Positions 1 through 29,668 of a DNA stretch of 64,000 bases are shown here, piece by piece. The notes under the pieces were generated by a model, which did not search any database, was not told the origin of the DNA, and saw nothing but the letters and a program-made list of their open reading frames with translations. A program made the position numbers and the translations under genes. This stretch comes from Amoebidium appalachense (Eukaryota; Protista; Ichthyosporea): contig CAVNZM010000017.1 of assembly GCA_963693365.1 (NCBI GenBank), forward strand, positions 6,376,708 to 6,440,707, read 5' to 3'. Every line of letters starts with the position of its first letter. The first letter of the stretch is position 1.

Positions 1-85
1 GGTTGAGCCTAGCCACCCCTTCGGCATGGAAACTAAAGTGCTGGGCTTTGATGTCTGCGTTGGTGTGGGTGATGGAGGATGGCAT
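1..85 (-). CDS. Possible 5' end of a protein-coding gene running off the window (MPSSITHTNADIKAQHFSFHAEGVARLN...)
   Basis: Minus-strand ATG at 85-83 in a strong gccaccATG context; frame open to position 1; E2F-like TTTTCGCGCC (~308-317) upstream. No recognisable homology. Confidence 0.35.
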   Translation of the reverse strand, partial: MPSSITHTNADIKAQHFSFHAEGVARLN

Positions 86-427
86 GGTGGCTGTGTGTTC
101 TGGAAACTAGGTGTATGAAGACACTAAAGTGTGAAAGGACCACAGTAGGTCGTTATTTTTTTCCCCAAAAAGTCCGCGTTTTCCTCTCTTGAAAAAAGTC
201 GTTCTGATCCCTCCTAAGCCTTTCAGTGCATTATTATTATTATTATTATTTTTCAAGGCTTTGTTTTGCGCTGTGCCGCAGTGTCTGACATCAGACATGA
301 TGGCGGTTTTTCGCGCCAAAACCAAATAGGGCAACTCCGCATTGACGATATGATTTGTGATTGGCTGGTTCGGGGCGTTCGTGGAAGTCCAGTTCGTGCT
401 CCCTCCGGCTCACTCTGAGTCACTCGG

Positions 428-1997
<1,570 letters not shown>

Positions 1998-2876
1998 CAC
2001 GCAACGAAGACTCTCTCCCTCCCTTGCCTGGTATAATAATTCAAGGGCTTAAAAACTTCAGTCAGTGATAAAGTGAAAACCTTGGTGATCGTCACCACCC
2101 AGCGTCACTACAACGCTGTTCAATTTTTTTTTTTGCAGAAAAAACTTCCAAACATGGCTTTTCTACCCTTTTAATCAGTAAGCCTCTACGGTGGTGTAAG
2201 GTTAAAACTTTGACCAACCAGTTCAAATTCATAAAACTTCCACTGGCTGCTGGTTTTGCATTCGGTACGGCACAACCGAGACCATCAGGCGCAGCTGAGA
2301 ATACCCGACCTCAGCAAAATAAATAGCCTAATATCAGTATCTACGTGAGGTTGAACAACTCTCAACGGTTTTCTCTAGCTACGACCGTACGTGGAATGTT
2401 AAGGGCCTTGTTACATACCATAGAGTCACAGTTTCTGTATAAACTTCATGAACTTCATTGCAATATATTTATTGAATTGAACCCCGGACCACTTCTACTC
2501 ATGTCACAACTCAGTCTCACAGCCGTTTTGTCTCTCACAAGAGTCACAATTTCTATATATTTCCTTAGGGAGTGGCTATATTTCATGTCTTCAACCAATA
2601 TTGCCTACTAGTGGCGCTACATGTACAATGACTCAACAATACATAATTTTATCAGATGCGGGATCGGATGGGAGAAAAGGGTTTGGATGCGCTAAGTCAC
2701 GACGTAGTTAATAACACAATCGTTATGGTGTGCGGTCACAAGTTTGTGTAAGTTACTATGATGTGTGTGTGAGTGCACGTGTGTGGGTGTATTTGATGAA
2801 GGAAAAGGTGATATTACAGTCTAGAGCTCTCCGCGTACGGTCATAAAACAAGTCCAAATAAACCGTAACTCAACCG

Positions 2877-4871
2877 TTAAATTGCAGCCTTATTCAACTG
2901 AGCCACACTAGCCCTGCTGGCGCCTGCAAATTCATTCACCGACATTGACTGGCGTGCAAACGACATGCGACTCTCACACTTTGCCTTATCGATATCAGTG
3001 CCCCCATTCTCAACAAGCACCGCAATCTTTTTTTCTCTGCGCTTTTTATGGCGATACAGCGCAAGCATGAAAAGCCCACACACAACACACGTCAAGGTCG
3101 CCAACACTGACACAACAGCAATAATGATGGTAACTATCGTACTAAAGTTGCTCTTCGTGCCATTGCTTCCCCCTTCTTGTCCATCATATGTTACTTCGCT
3201 CTCGCTGTAACTGATACCCACAGGATTCGAACCAACATCAAGCGTGCCGGAGTCCCGACGGAAACGAGCCTGAAGGTCGGATATATCACGGCGGCGACGC
3301 CGCGTGAAATCCACATAGTCAACACGCACGGTGTAGGTAAAGTTGATGGCGTTGCTCGTAGACGTTGGGCTGGCACATGCCATGGCAGATGTGACCGGGA
3401 GAGGGAAATTCAGCATCGGAGGAGTGAGTTTAAGCTGCTTGGTGACTGGAATAGTGGTGGGGTCGGTTAGGTAGGAGGCGTAGGCGGGGGGGCTGTTGCA
3501 GTTTCCGTCCGAGTCACGCCGAGACGAAACGATGGTTGCGTCGGCAATGCTAACTCCCGTGCTATTTGTCCACAGACGGACCGACCAATAGGAAGTGTCT
3601 CCCAGTCTGAAAGACGCGTTGGGACGAAGAACGTCATAATTTACGTCGTTGCGCAAAACAATGTCAGCACTAAACAGTGTCGAGAAGTTGTATTCGTTGA
3701 CTTTGCAGAAGTTTCGTGTATCCAGGAAGAAGGTGATGTCAAATGCTTGGCCCTGCCTAGGGCATGCACCAAGAGTGGCGGTGGCGTTGTCGCAATCGAT
3801 AGGCACGCCCATGAGAACGTATTGAGCCGTCAAATCGCACGCATACAGGGTGAATTCAAGTGTGCGGTTGCATGGTTTTCCGTCCCCGGCGCATGGAGCG
3901 CTAACCGTAGTCCAGTTGCTGCTGGTGAGCTTAGCGTCGTCTTTGTCTGTGTAGTTCAGCCCGCCCGTGCTTGTGACAATGACGTACGGCGGTGGAACGG
4001 TGGCGACGATTTGCACCGTGGTCACATTTACTAAGGTTGCGTTGGTTGAAATCTTGACGATGGATGCCTCAACGTCGATGGTTGGGTAGTTGACGGTGAT
4101 GGCGGCAGTAACAGAACTCTCGCGGTCAATTTGGATGCGGAGAATTGTGATTGCGTTTCCACGCCGCCAGGTGGGAACACGAAGGGTTCGGTTGTCGCTC
4201 ATTAATTCCACCCACTCGTTCATAACTGCCTCAACCCGCGTGCGGTACGTGACGAACCGCGGTACGGACTTGTTGGGTATCAGCCCGCAGTCTTGCAGGT
4301 GGTTGAACTTCACCTTGTACCCGACAATCGCTTTGCATGTGCGGTCGAGGCGGAAAAAGCGATCCGTAAGGTGTGTAGTGTTGCTGGTCGCCCACGTACA
4401 GTTGCCAAAAGAAAGTTCCTCCAATCTCCGTGTGTTGAACCACTTGCCCATATCCGCCGTAATGCTCACCGTGTTGTTCTGAATTGCGGGGGCTATGAGG
4501 CTGATAGAGAAATTAGCCTGAAGCGCCCACGGCTCGGCGAGTTGACAAGGGCTCGACCCTTGGCTGTTTTGGAAGGCGACATCAACCAGCGAGAAATTCC
4601 ACGTTTCTGTGGCGATGGCATATGGCCCGCCAAAAACAATGGTGGTGGTGGGTGCCGCAGTGCCCACCACAGGGGCGCCTTTGATGGTAAGGGGCTTGGG
4701 AATATTCAGGGGGGCTGTAAGGAAATAAGTTCCCGCTGCCAGCGTGATGGTGTCTCCGTCTTTGGCGCCATCTACGGAGGCTTGCAGCCCAGTACCAGGC
4801 GCAACGTTAACTGAAACGGCTTGGGCAGCTGAAAAGACAGCGGCCGCTGCCAGCAAAATGCGTTGGAACAT
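2877..4871 (-). CDS. Intronless 664-aa type I membrane glycoprotein: signal peptide, pectin-lyase/NosD-like beta-helix N-cap, Cys-containing beta-rich ectodomain (ZP-like layout), polybasic furin-type site, TM helix, short tail
   Basis: Uninterrupted non-repetitive ORF with caccaccATG context; MFQRILLAAAAVFSAAQA signal; LQASVDGAKDGDTITLAAGTY...PLTIKG beta-helix cap motif; many N-x-S/T sequons; TRRRRR and RFRR before TM IVTIIIAVVSVLATLTCVVCGLFMLALY; basic stop-transfer RHKKRREKK. ORF is certain; ZP call is inference. Confidence 0.9.
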   Translation of the reverse strand: MFQRILLAAAAVFSAAQAVSVNVAPGTGLQASVDGAKDGDTITLAAGTYFLTAPLNIPKPLTIKGAPVVGTAAPTTTIVFGGPYAIATETWNFSLVDVAFQNSQGSSPCQLAEPWALQANFSISLIAPAIQNNTVSITADMGKWFNTRRLEELSFGNCTWATSNTTHLTDRFFRLDRTCKAIVGYKVKFNHLQDCGLIPNKSVPRFVTYRTRVEAVMNEWVELMSDNRTLRVPTWRRGNAITILRIQIDRESSVTAAITVNYPTIDVEASIVKISTNATLVNVTTVQIVATVPPPYVIVTSTGGLNYTDKDDAKLTSSNWTTVSAPCAGDGKPCNRTLEFTLYACDLTAQYVLMGVPIDCDNATATLGACPRQGQAFDITFFLDTRNFCKVNEYNFSTLFSADIVLRNDVNYDVLRPNASFRLGDTSYWSVRLWTNSTGVSIADATIVSSRRDSDGNCNSPPAYASYLTDPTTIPVTKQLKLTPPMLNFPLPVTSAMACASPTSTSNAINFTYTVRVDYVDFTRRRRRDISDLQARFRRDSGTLDVGSNPVGISYSESEVTYDGQEGGSNGTKSNFSTIVTIIIAVVSVLATLTCVVCGLFMLALYRHKKRREKKIAVLVENGGTDIDKAKCESRMSFARQSMSVNEFAGASRASVAQLNKAAI

Positions 4872-5482
4872 GGTGGTGCTAACGTGCTTTTGATTACTAT
4901 ATAGGGGTTTATGCGCTTTGTATTGCTGCGGACATTACTATATACGATCACCACAAGCTCTATATTCTGTGTTCGTTAGTGGGATATCGATGGCGTGGAC
5001 CTCAAAATGAAGTTGAGCCTCCTTCAGCTATGATTCAACTGAATGGAGATTGGCGGCTATGCTTGCACATTGGGACGCATCTATTTATCCTCAAAACTCA
5101 ATTACTAAGGCACTAAGTTAAAGTACAACTGAACGGTGCAAGATGAAGTTTACAACAACGACATGATGACGTACGTACTTCGCACTGCCAGCGCTGTTCT
5201 GTTCCGGATTCACGTCACACTTGCACGAAGCGAAGTGACTGAAAAAAGACGCTGGTGGCCCAATAAATGCTTGGGTGTGAACTTGTGCAATTTGGCAGTC
5301 CCACTGCAGTACATGACTGCGAGGCACGATCTCGCATAATTTAGCAGCTTCTTCCGCGGCATGCGTGCACGTGGGCACGACTCAAGTTGAGCATGCGTCA
5401 CGCGGCCTGCATCTATCCGGAGGGCCGTGCAAAGACTGACATGTACATGTACACCAACTAGAAACGGTAGGGCAAACGGGGG

Positions 5483-5601
<119 letters not shown>

Positions 5602-6588
5602 TGTGTGCGTGTGTGTGTACATTCTGCAGATCGTGAGGCAATTCTGCAGCTGCGCGTGCACTGCGGCGAGCGTAAACTTATTGAAAGGGCAATATATGTA
5701 CACTACATTCCGAAAAAGTATTTATCATTTATGTAGTTGTAATAATGGGACATAAAAAGCAGGCTAGGCCTCAGATTCTAGCTCACCGGTCTGTATTTAC
5801 AATAGAAAAAACCTTCTCAGAAGCTTTAGAAAAGATATGCGATCGCCGATTGCGGTGATAAATTCAATCAAATCGGATATGTTAGACCAATCATCTTGCA
5901 GGATGGCTTTAGATCAGATCCCCCCTCCCCCCCCCCCCTCTCCCCCCCCCCCCCCCAATATACATATACATATCCTCTCCTTCTCCAACCTGGTCCTACT
6001 GCATCTTCAAGCAACCGTGTGCGAAGCTTCCCACATCTAATTAGAGCTCTCCACTTTGAATTCTCTAGTACTGTGATCGTGACAATACATACCAATATGG
6101 CTAAAATAATTTCACACCCTGATCCACAGCGTTCGAATCGATATATCCCTCCCCGAGTCCTGGTAATCTCTGTCTCTCATGATCACACACAACTTTGCCT
6201 CTCTTTTGCCCATTACCTTCTCAACATGACCAGCTAATTATCCCAATATAAATTAGAATTTACTGGCTTTATATGCATAGTTTTACGACAGTGCATTCAC
6301 AATAAGTAACATTATTGACGGTGGCCTTCCGCCCTCCCCTTGCATATGTGCGGCCTTTGCCCGCACCCTGGCGCGGATACCGGTACCACCTTCAACTTCA
6401 GCCAAGTTGACCTCTTCACCTACGTGCCCAACACCTTGAATCAACATCTGACCCTCACCACTCAACTGCGTGCTTGGGGCTGGCTCTGGCCTCGCAATAT
6501 GTACAGGTACACCTTGTTCCTTCCGTTTGCCTGCCTTGTACCGACACAATAGTAGTGAAATAACTGGGTAGCTCTTCTTCATCCTCCT

Positions 6589-6673
<85 letters not shown>

Positions 6674-7199
6674 TTTTTTTTTTTTTTTCCCTCTCTCCTT
6701 TCTCCCCTCCCCTTCCCCCTCCCCTTCCCCTTTCCCCTTCATTTCTTTCTCCCCTTCCCACTCCCCTCCCTTATTCGATCTGCTTCCTACCGCTTCTTGA
6801 CTTACCCCTCTGTTATTTCATGTCGCCCTTCTCAGTCTATGAATATCAATATTTGTAGGCAATGTTCAGACTGTCAACTGTGATTGGCTGCCTAAGGGGC
6901 CGCCACCCTGACTCAGGCAGCTTGTCACAAATGATTCGTAAAAATCTTAAATTCCTGTCTTGCATCTAAGTAAAAAAAAGGAATATGATTGGCTCGCCGT
7001 TACAGCGCAGGGAAGCCAGAGCAGCCAAAAAGGTGGGTTATAGATAGTAATTGTTAGCTAAAACAGGGACGGCTTTACGTACTATTGTTATGATCAAGAT
7101 TGCAGATTTACATTAGCTACAAGGCTCAAAATCGGACGGCGCCTGCTACGTCAGTACGCTGCAGCTATATCATCAAGTTCTTATTTTATAGTAATGGAC

Positions 7200-7755
7200 A
7201 ACATTCAGGTCCGCCGGTGCACCCAAGTGCATTCTCCATTGCATGCATGCCAGTGCGTGTGGTATATGCTCGATCCGAATTTGATCAATTGAAGCTGCAG
7301 GCCTGCAAGACGCCCTGCACCGTTGTTTTACTCGGACGTGCGCACCACTGCAGCTGCCTCGGAGGATATATTCTACCTGGGCCTGTATGTTGCAGTTGCA
7401 CTGATTGCGGTACACGTGCACCATATCATTAATATTGAAGTTATTATGCCCATGGGTGACGCACGGCATGCGGAAGTGTACGCACTACGGCGCATTTCAG
7501 CACTGACGGGTGATCTATCAAATGTTGTTGTTACGGTATTCAATGAATCATTATAACATTTTTTACGTTCATCGTCGAGGGATGAACAAAAATATCCAGT
7601 TATTGCGGCAACCGTGCTTGCATTTGCAGGCCATGATAATGTACATACTAGTGCATGCACGTCTCAGCATGCAAATGGCCTTGGAAGTATCCTCAATTTT
7701 TGCGCATTGCGCCAGCTGCGTGACCTGCTGGGTCTTCATCGGGAAGGGAGGTGAG
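7200..7755 (+). pseudogene. Degenerate RNase H-like remnant, probably from a retrotransposon
   Basis: One frame reads FYSD...HAEVYALRRISAL...VVVTVFNES*...QHANGLG, loosely matching RNase H spacing (YxDGS / AExxA / IFxDS / H..GN); in-frame TAA at 7554-7556 and a probable frameshift near 7325. Confidence 0.3.
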
Positions 7756-7767
7756 GGGTGGGGGGGA

Positions 7768-7815
<48 letters not shown>

Positions 7816-8027
7816 GGGGGGGGGAGGGACGACCATTCCCGGGCGGGCGGGCTTCGGAGGGAATTGGGGAACCATAATCATTCATTCATATGCATACACA
7901 CACAGTATATCATATCCCTATCCGCGGGGCAGATTCATTTGAATTGCGATCTTCGGTTACCTTCTCAAAGTCTCCCTGTTTCCCCCTTTCTTAGTTATTA
8001 TCTCTCAGGCTCAGTCTTCCTTTATCT

Positions 8028-8690
<663 letters not shown>

Positions 8691-8905
8691 ACGTGTATAA
8701 CCGTCATGTGAGCGAATGTGTGGGTGTGTATGTGTGTGTGTGTGTGTGTGTCATGAAGCCAGCCATGTGCACAACAATGTCATGTTCATGTTTTGGTTTG
8801 TGCACCTGTAACAACACCTGTATACCACGGTGCATGTGTGTGCGTGTGTGCGCATGTGCATCATGTGTAAACGTGGGCGTGTGCGTAGTGTGCGTGTGCA
8901 TGTGT

Positions 8906-8976
<71 letters not shown>

Positions 8977-9354
8977 GAAACGGCATGTGCTCGGTGTAAC
9001 AAATTGTAACGGTGTGTGTTTTCAGCGGGGGTCTCTCACTTTACAGAAAACAGGTAAATTCGGGGTATACTATACTATAGGGTCTATAATCTTATTAAGC
9101 TTCCTTGGCCGCAGGGTTAGTTATCTTATTTTACCCCCCTCCCCCCTCCCCTCCCCCCCCCCCCAAACCCATCCATCCCGTGGAACCTTTTTATGGGCTG
9201 GAGCCATAGGAAGGGTGTATGTGTGTGTGCCACAGTGTGTGTTTGTGTGCCACGTGTGGGTGTGTGTGAGGGTGGGTGGGTGGGGGGGGGGGGGGGGGGG
9301 GGGGGGGGGATAGACACAGGCGATTGTGTACTGTTTGCCACCCTGTTGCTATAC

Positions 9355-9724
9355 CCTCAGATATGTGTCTGCAGGTCTGATGCGCATTGAATTTCTCAAC
9401 GGGAAAAATCTTGTAAGTGTGTACGATAGAGCACAAAATTGCACAGGGTGATTGTGCACTTGGCTTGCCGAGTTTTTGGTTAGACGTGTTCTCGTATTTC
9501 TTTTTTCTGAAAGTTTTTGTTTGCTTTGGAAAAGTGTTTTTGAACAAATCCTTTTTGAATTGAGTCAGTCGCCACCCAGTCTCCTCCTCTGCCCCATCTA
9601 TCTACCCCTCCCCACTCACCGCCCCCATTCTTCCACCATCTATCATGAACACCATCATATCGCGGATGATACGTCTTTCAACCTTTGCCAGGACCTGTGT
9701 TCTATCACTTGAAACGTACACCGT

Positions 9725-9808
<84 letters not shown>

Positions 9809-10926
9809 GCGAGCGTGCGTTCGTGCGTGTTTACGTAACACACACGCGCGCGCACACGCGCGCTTGCTCATACACAGGCACGCATGCACACAGACACACA
9901 GGCACTCAGGCTCGCAGGCACGCAGGCACACACGCACGCACGCACTCAGGCACACACGCACGCACGCATGCAAGCAAGCACGCCAGCACACGCGCGCATG
10001 CGTGTGCTTGCATGCGCGCACACAGACACACACACTCACACGGACACACGCACACGCACACACACATACACACACACAAACGGTGTACGATTCAAGACAG
10101 GTAGAAGACAGGTCCAGCCAGGGGATGAAAGGTATAACTGTGATACAATGTTGATCATAATAGCGGTGCGTGTGTGTGTGCGTGTCGGTGGGGGGGGAGG
10201 GGGGGGAGGGGGAGAATGGAGCAAATGGGGAGGCTGGGGGGTCGGGTGGGGGGGGAGGGGGGGGGGGGAGGGGGGGGAAGTAGGGGGATGGGGAGGCTTT
10301 CAAGAATAAGTGTAGAATTTCGAAGCCTTGCAGGTTTAGATGTGAATCCTTTATTCCGTGAAAATGGCATACAAAGTGCCAATGGTATTTACAGAGAAGG
10401 GGTGTGTGCTGTGGTAAATTATTAGGTTAGCTATTGATTGTTACTAGTATATTTTCATCACAGTTTCATAGTGTGCATATGTTATTTATTCTTCTGGTCA
10501 TTGCACTGAAGCTTGAGTCAGGCGCGGCTGGCTGCACCATCTGATTTAACTTCCTAGCTAAAGTACATACGCATACAGTCACGATACGGGAATAAAACGG
10601 AATAAATAACGTTTATAACAACAATTCATATGCATCGCACAAACTCCCCCCCCCCCCCCCCCCCCCCCCCTCCTTTCCTCTCCCCCGGCCTCTTCCTACA
10701 TAATATCGCCCACCACCAACTAGATACTGATTTGCATTTCAGAAAGCTGTGACACGTGTCTGTTCTCAAAAAATTCCGCCATTTTTCTTGCTTAAGTTAG
10801 AGTTTAAAACGTGCAATATCCATCTTATATGATGTAATCACCTTTCTGTTGCATCAAAGGGGTCTGAACAGAAAGGAGTTCGGTACGTACGATTCCGACC
10901 TGCTTTAAGCCTTGACCAACGATATC
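9355..10926 (-). CDS. Putative multi-exon gene of unknown function (internal exons only)
   Basis: Four AG/GT-bounded exons join in phase: 10926-10842, 10137-10082, 9694-9620, 9409-9355, giving DIVGQGLKQVGIVRTELLSVQTPLMQQK-VIPFIPWLDLSSTCLESYT-VLAKVERRIIRDMMVFMIDGGRMGA-IFPVEKFNAHQTCRHISE. Possible first exon from ATG 12616. No homology recognised. Confidence 0.35.
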
Positions 10927-11141
10927 CTGGGTTGTATCGCTTATGGTTTTGAAGCACACGCACCACAAACACACGCACACAACGTTAACCAGACACTCAC
11001 AGGCAAAAACTAAGACACGCACACACACACACACACCGTGCACACACACACACACACACACCGTTACGGCACACAGACACGAACACATACTACAACCACA
11101 CACTGGACGCATACCGTGCCACAGACACGTCGACTCCCCCT

Positions 11142-11172
<31 letters not shown>

Positions 11173-11205
11173 AGAAAAAAAAAATTCCCGGGGACGGGAG
11201 GAAAT

Positions 11206-11249
<44 letters not shown>

Positions 11250-11478
11250 GTGGGTGGGTGGGGGGGGGGGGGAGGGAGGGGAGGGGGGGAGGGGGGGGGG
11301 GGAGGGGGGAGGAGGGGGAGGGGGGGGGGGGAGGTGGAGGATAATATGTATGTGCAGGAGGTGCCGTGCTCTGAATGGCACCCACTTTCTATGCTGCCTA
11401 GGCCTATCTTATCATTTGAAAAGGCTTGCAATTGGTGTGGGCAAGGCTATGCATACGTATGGTATTGGTGATATACAT

Positions 11479-11521
<43 letters not shown>

Positions 11522-11561
11522 TATCATAGTGTGTGGATCTATTATATATATATGAAATCTG

Positions 11562-11658
<97 letters not shown>

Positions 11659-11994
11659 GATATAAATGAAATCTGAAAACGTGGCTCCGGAAGCACCCAG
11701 TGGGGTTCACTAACCGTAATTTTTATTTTTTGGGTTTTTTGTGGGGGTTTTGGTTGAACTTTATTTGATGTAGATTTAGATTTAGATTTGGAGTTGAATT
11801 TTTTTGGGGGGGATTTGTAATTTGTTTTTTTTTGGTATAAATAGAGGTTCAATTCGGTGTTTTCGACCTGGCTGACTGATTATTGCTTCGGTTGTATTTG
11901 TTTGGGGTGGCGGCGCTCGCGCGCGCGGACACACACACAGACACATGCGCGTGCATACACACACACGCACACGCACATGCACATTCACACACGC

Positions 11995-12047
<53 letters not shown>

Positions 12048-12320
12048 GCGTGCGCACGCACGCATACAAACAAACACACGCACACACACACACACACACA
12101 TACACACACACACACGTTGACCTTTTTCGTTTGGTCACGTGTGATAACTGAACGTGTGTGTGTGTGTGTGTGCGTGCGTGTGGGGGGGTGTTTGTGTGCG
12201 TGTGTGTGTGTGTGTATGTGCGTGTGTACATGTGTGTATGGGTGTTTACATGTGTTTGTGTCAGCGTGTGTGTGTGTTTGTGTGTGGGTAGGTGTGTGTG
12301 CATGTGTGCGCAAGTGCGCA

Positions 12321-12357
<37 letters not shown>

Positions 12358-12388
12358 GTGCGTATGTGCGTGCGTGCACGTGTGTATC

Positions 12389-12437
<49 letters not shown>

Positions 12438-12679
12438 ATGTGCGTGCGTGCGCGTGTGTATGTGTGCGTGTGTGTATGTGTGTGCGCAATGCAGTGCCAC
12501 ACTGTGTACTGTAGGTGCGCATATGTTTGTTCCATATTATACAGTAGTTTGTGGCGGATGGCCGGTGTCGCGATCTGTGCACATGTGCGAGGGGGCTGGT
12601 CAACTTCCGCTTGCATGATGCGGTATGACTGCCGCGGCGCGCATACCCTTTATGGCAAGTGCGCAAAACATCCTATCAC

Positions 12680-12870
12680 GATAAACGATGATTGGTTGAC
12701 CACACATCAAAGGATCATTAAGATTGGATAAGCCGGCATCGTAAAAGCCATTTAAGGTGCATAACCGTCGATATTGGAATGTGCCCCGCCCAGGAATGAT
12801 CGGCCGCGCGTGGACACTTTGAGTTTGGCAAACATGGATGTACTCAGCCGTTGTCAGTGTTCCAATAACA
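12680..12870. promoter_or_regulatory. Putative (possibly bidirectional) promoter upstream of the aminopeptidase gene
   Basis: Cluster of ATTGG/CCAAT boxes (~12691, 12723, 12773, 12862) and a GC box CCCCGCCC (~12784) in a non-repetitive island. Confidence 0.35.
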
Positions 12871-13190
12871 TGTGCGTGTAGTGAATTAGATTGTTAATCT
12901 TAGCCGAGTGATTAGCAGTTGTGAACGCTATAAACACCTTCTTTAATTACTTTCTTTACTTTTCTCGGCCACATCCCGGCTCCATACCATTCTCTACATT
13001 TTGTGAAGCGTACTATGGAGATAGCAGTTCAACGGCCAGGAGTACACACAGACGTCCGCGCGTGCAAGCAATCGTGGGCACGAACACACTCATATAGACA
13101 CACACGCGAGCACGTACACGCACACACATTGACGTAAATTTACTTGCACACACCCTAAGACACACATAGCTCACACAGGCACACATACAT

Positions 13191-13299
<109 letters not shown>

Positions 13300-13382
13300 C
13301 TCTCTCTCACACACACACACACACAGGCACACACACACACACCGACAACCTTTGGCATCCATAGTTGTGGGAGGGAAGCATC

Positions 13383-28196
<14,814 letters not shown>

Positions 28197-29163
28197 GCAA
28201 CCCACCTATTCCTTCTACATCCTTCTAAATCTTTCTACATGCTCCTAGAACAGCGAGAAAATGGACGTAACACGTGTGTGGAATGAGAGGGGTTTTGGGC
28301 AGGTGTGGACGTGATAGCTAGTTGAAGTGGCCTGAAGGTGTTTGTGTGCATGTGTGCACACGAAAAGATGTGGTGATATTTTCTTCATTTTTGACCAATG
28401 GTTTTGTAGGATGAAGGGCAGTTGGTTGAACTAATGGGTGTTGGTGATTGATATTGATAATTTTAAAATATTAAGTGAACATGTATGATTGGTTGGTGTA
28501 GAGAGAGCAGGAGGGGAGTTAACACACAATTGCATACGAAAAGAGCTTCCCTTTTCTCTCGCCTCTTTCTTCTTTAGGGGGTAGCGGTTGAAGGTGCACA
28601 GACTTTGTGTATGCGGGTTTTGGGTGGGCACGTGGAGGATAGAGGGAGTGTTTGTGTTGAAGAGCTCTGAGGGGTGTGCATTTTTTTTTTTTTTTTTTTT
28701 TTCGGGAGGGGGGGGGGATAGTGTTCGAATCGGCACACATGTTTGTTGAACACAGGTCTATGGCCATCTGCTATTAAGACTTTCAGTTAAATTTTACGCC
28801 TTCGAATGATGTAATCGAAAAAGTTTAACAACTGGCTAATCAGCAGTTCTCTGTATTACAGAGCATGCAACAAAAACTAAATCAATAAAAAAAGGAATGT
28901 TTTCCCAGTGTCTCAAAGGGCATTATATATGGCGCATGGTGAATATTGCCACGCATAGCTCCTATCCACAAGGGTCGTGTGGGTGGGTGGGTGGGTGTGT
29001 TTTTGTGGTGCTATCGTTTGTCTGTGAATGTATGTATGTGTGGGTGTGGTTGTGTGTGTGAGCACGTATGGGGGGGAAAGATAATGGGTGTGTGTGTGCA
29101 CAAGTGGGTGTGGAGGTGTGCATATCTGCAACTACCTGCAATTGTGCGTGTGTGTGTGCGTGC

Positions 29164-29222
<59 letters not shown>

Positions 29223-29389
29223 GGTGGGTGGTTGGTTGGGTGATGGAATTCTTTCTTGCACACATTCTCGCGGCCTGCATAGCATTGACACTAACCCCCC
29301 CCCCTCCCCCCCCCCCCCCCCAAAAAAAAAAAAAAAAAAACACTCCAAACCCCTAATATAACTTCAAAACACACCAGTCAAACATCTTT

Positions 29390-29668
29390 TTACCTCCACC
29401 CACCCACCCTATCCCTTGGTATCAATCTCAGCTCCCCACCGTGCTTTAGGAAGATGTTTCCCGCCGATTGATTGGGGTTGATTCCTATCCCGTCGTTGCT
29501 AATTATAGCACTTGTGGCAGGTGGCACCTTAAACTCTTCCGCAGCGTACTTTAACACAGCAGTAAAGGGCACATGCTCGGGCACGCTTAGCACCTTATAT
29601 GGTAACTTGGGGTCTGACGTCAACGTGATCTTAAAGGTCACCTTGGATGAGGGTTGTGCCGTGGCCAT
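29390..29668 (-). CDS. UFM1: Ubiquitin-fold modifier 1 precursor (92 aa), intronless CDS
   Basis: [24 protein letters not shown]...[24 protein letters not shown]...[17 protein letters not shown] is the canonical UFM1 sequence; short extension GWR after the VG conjugation site. Confidence 0.98.
   Translation of the reverse strand: MATAQPSSKVTFKITLTSDPKLPYKVLSVPEHVPFTAVLKYAAEEFKVPPATSAIISNDGIGINPNQSAGNIFLKHGGELRLIPRDRVGGWR

Noticed and set aside
6591-6667. Exact lengths of poly-C/poly-G runs as a biological signal
   Set aside because: Homopolymer lengths are unreliable in assemblies; only their presence and position were used.
7468-7625. HAEVYAL as a cytidine/adenosine deaminase motif
   Set aside because: No in-frame PCxxC, and a stop codon follows; spacing fits a decayed RNase H better.
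9026-9412. Plus-strand micro-exons giving RGSLTLQKT-GLMRIEFLNGKNL
   Set aside because: Could not be extended in phase and overlaps the longer minus-strand model; unresolved without RNA data.
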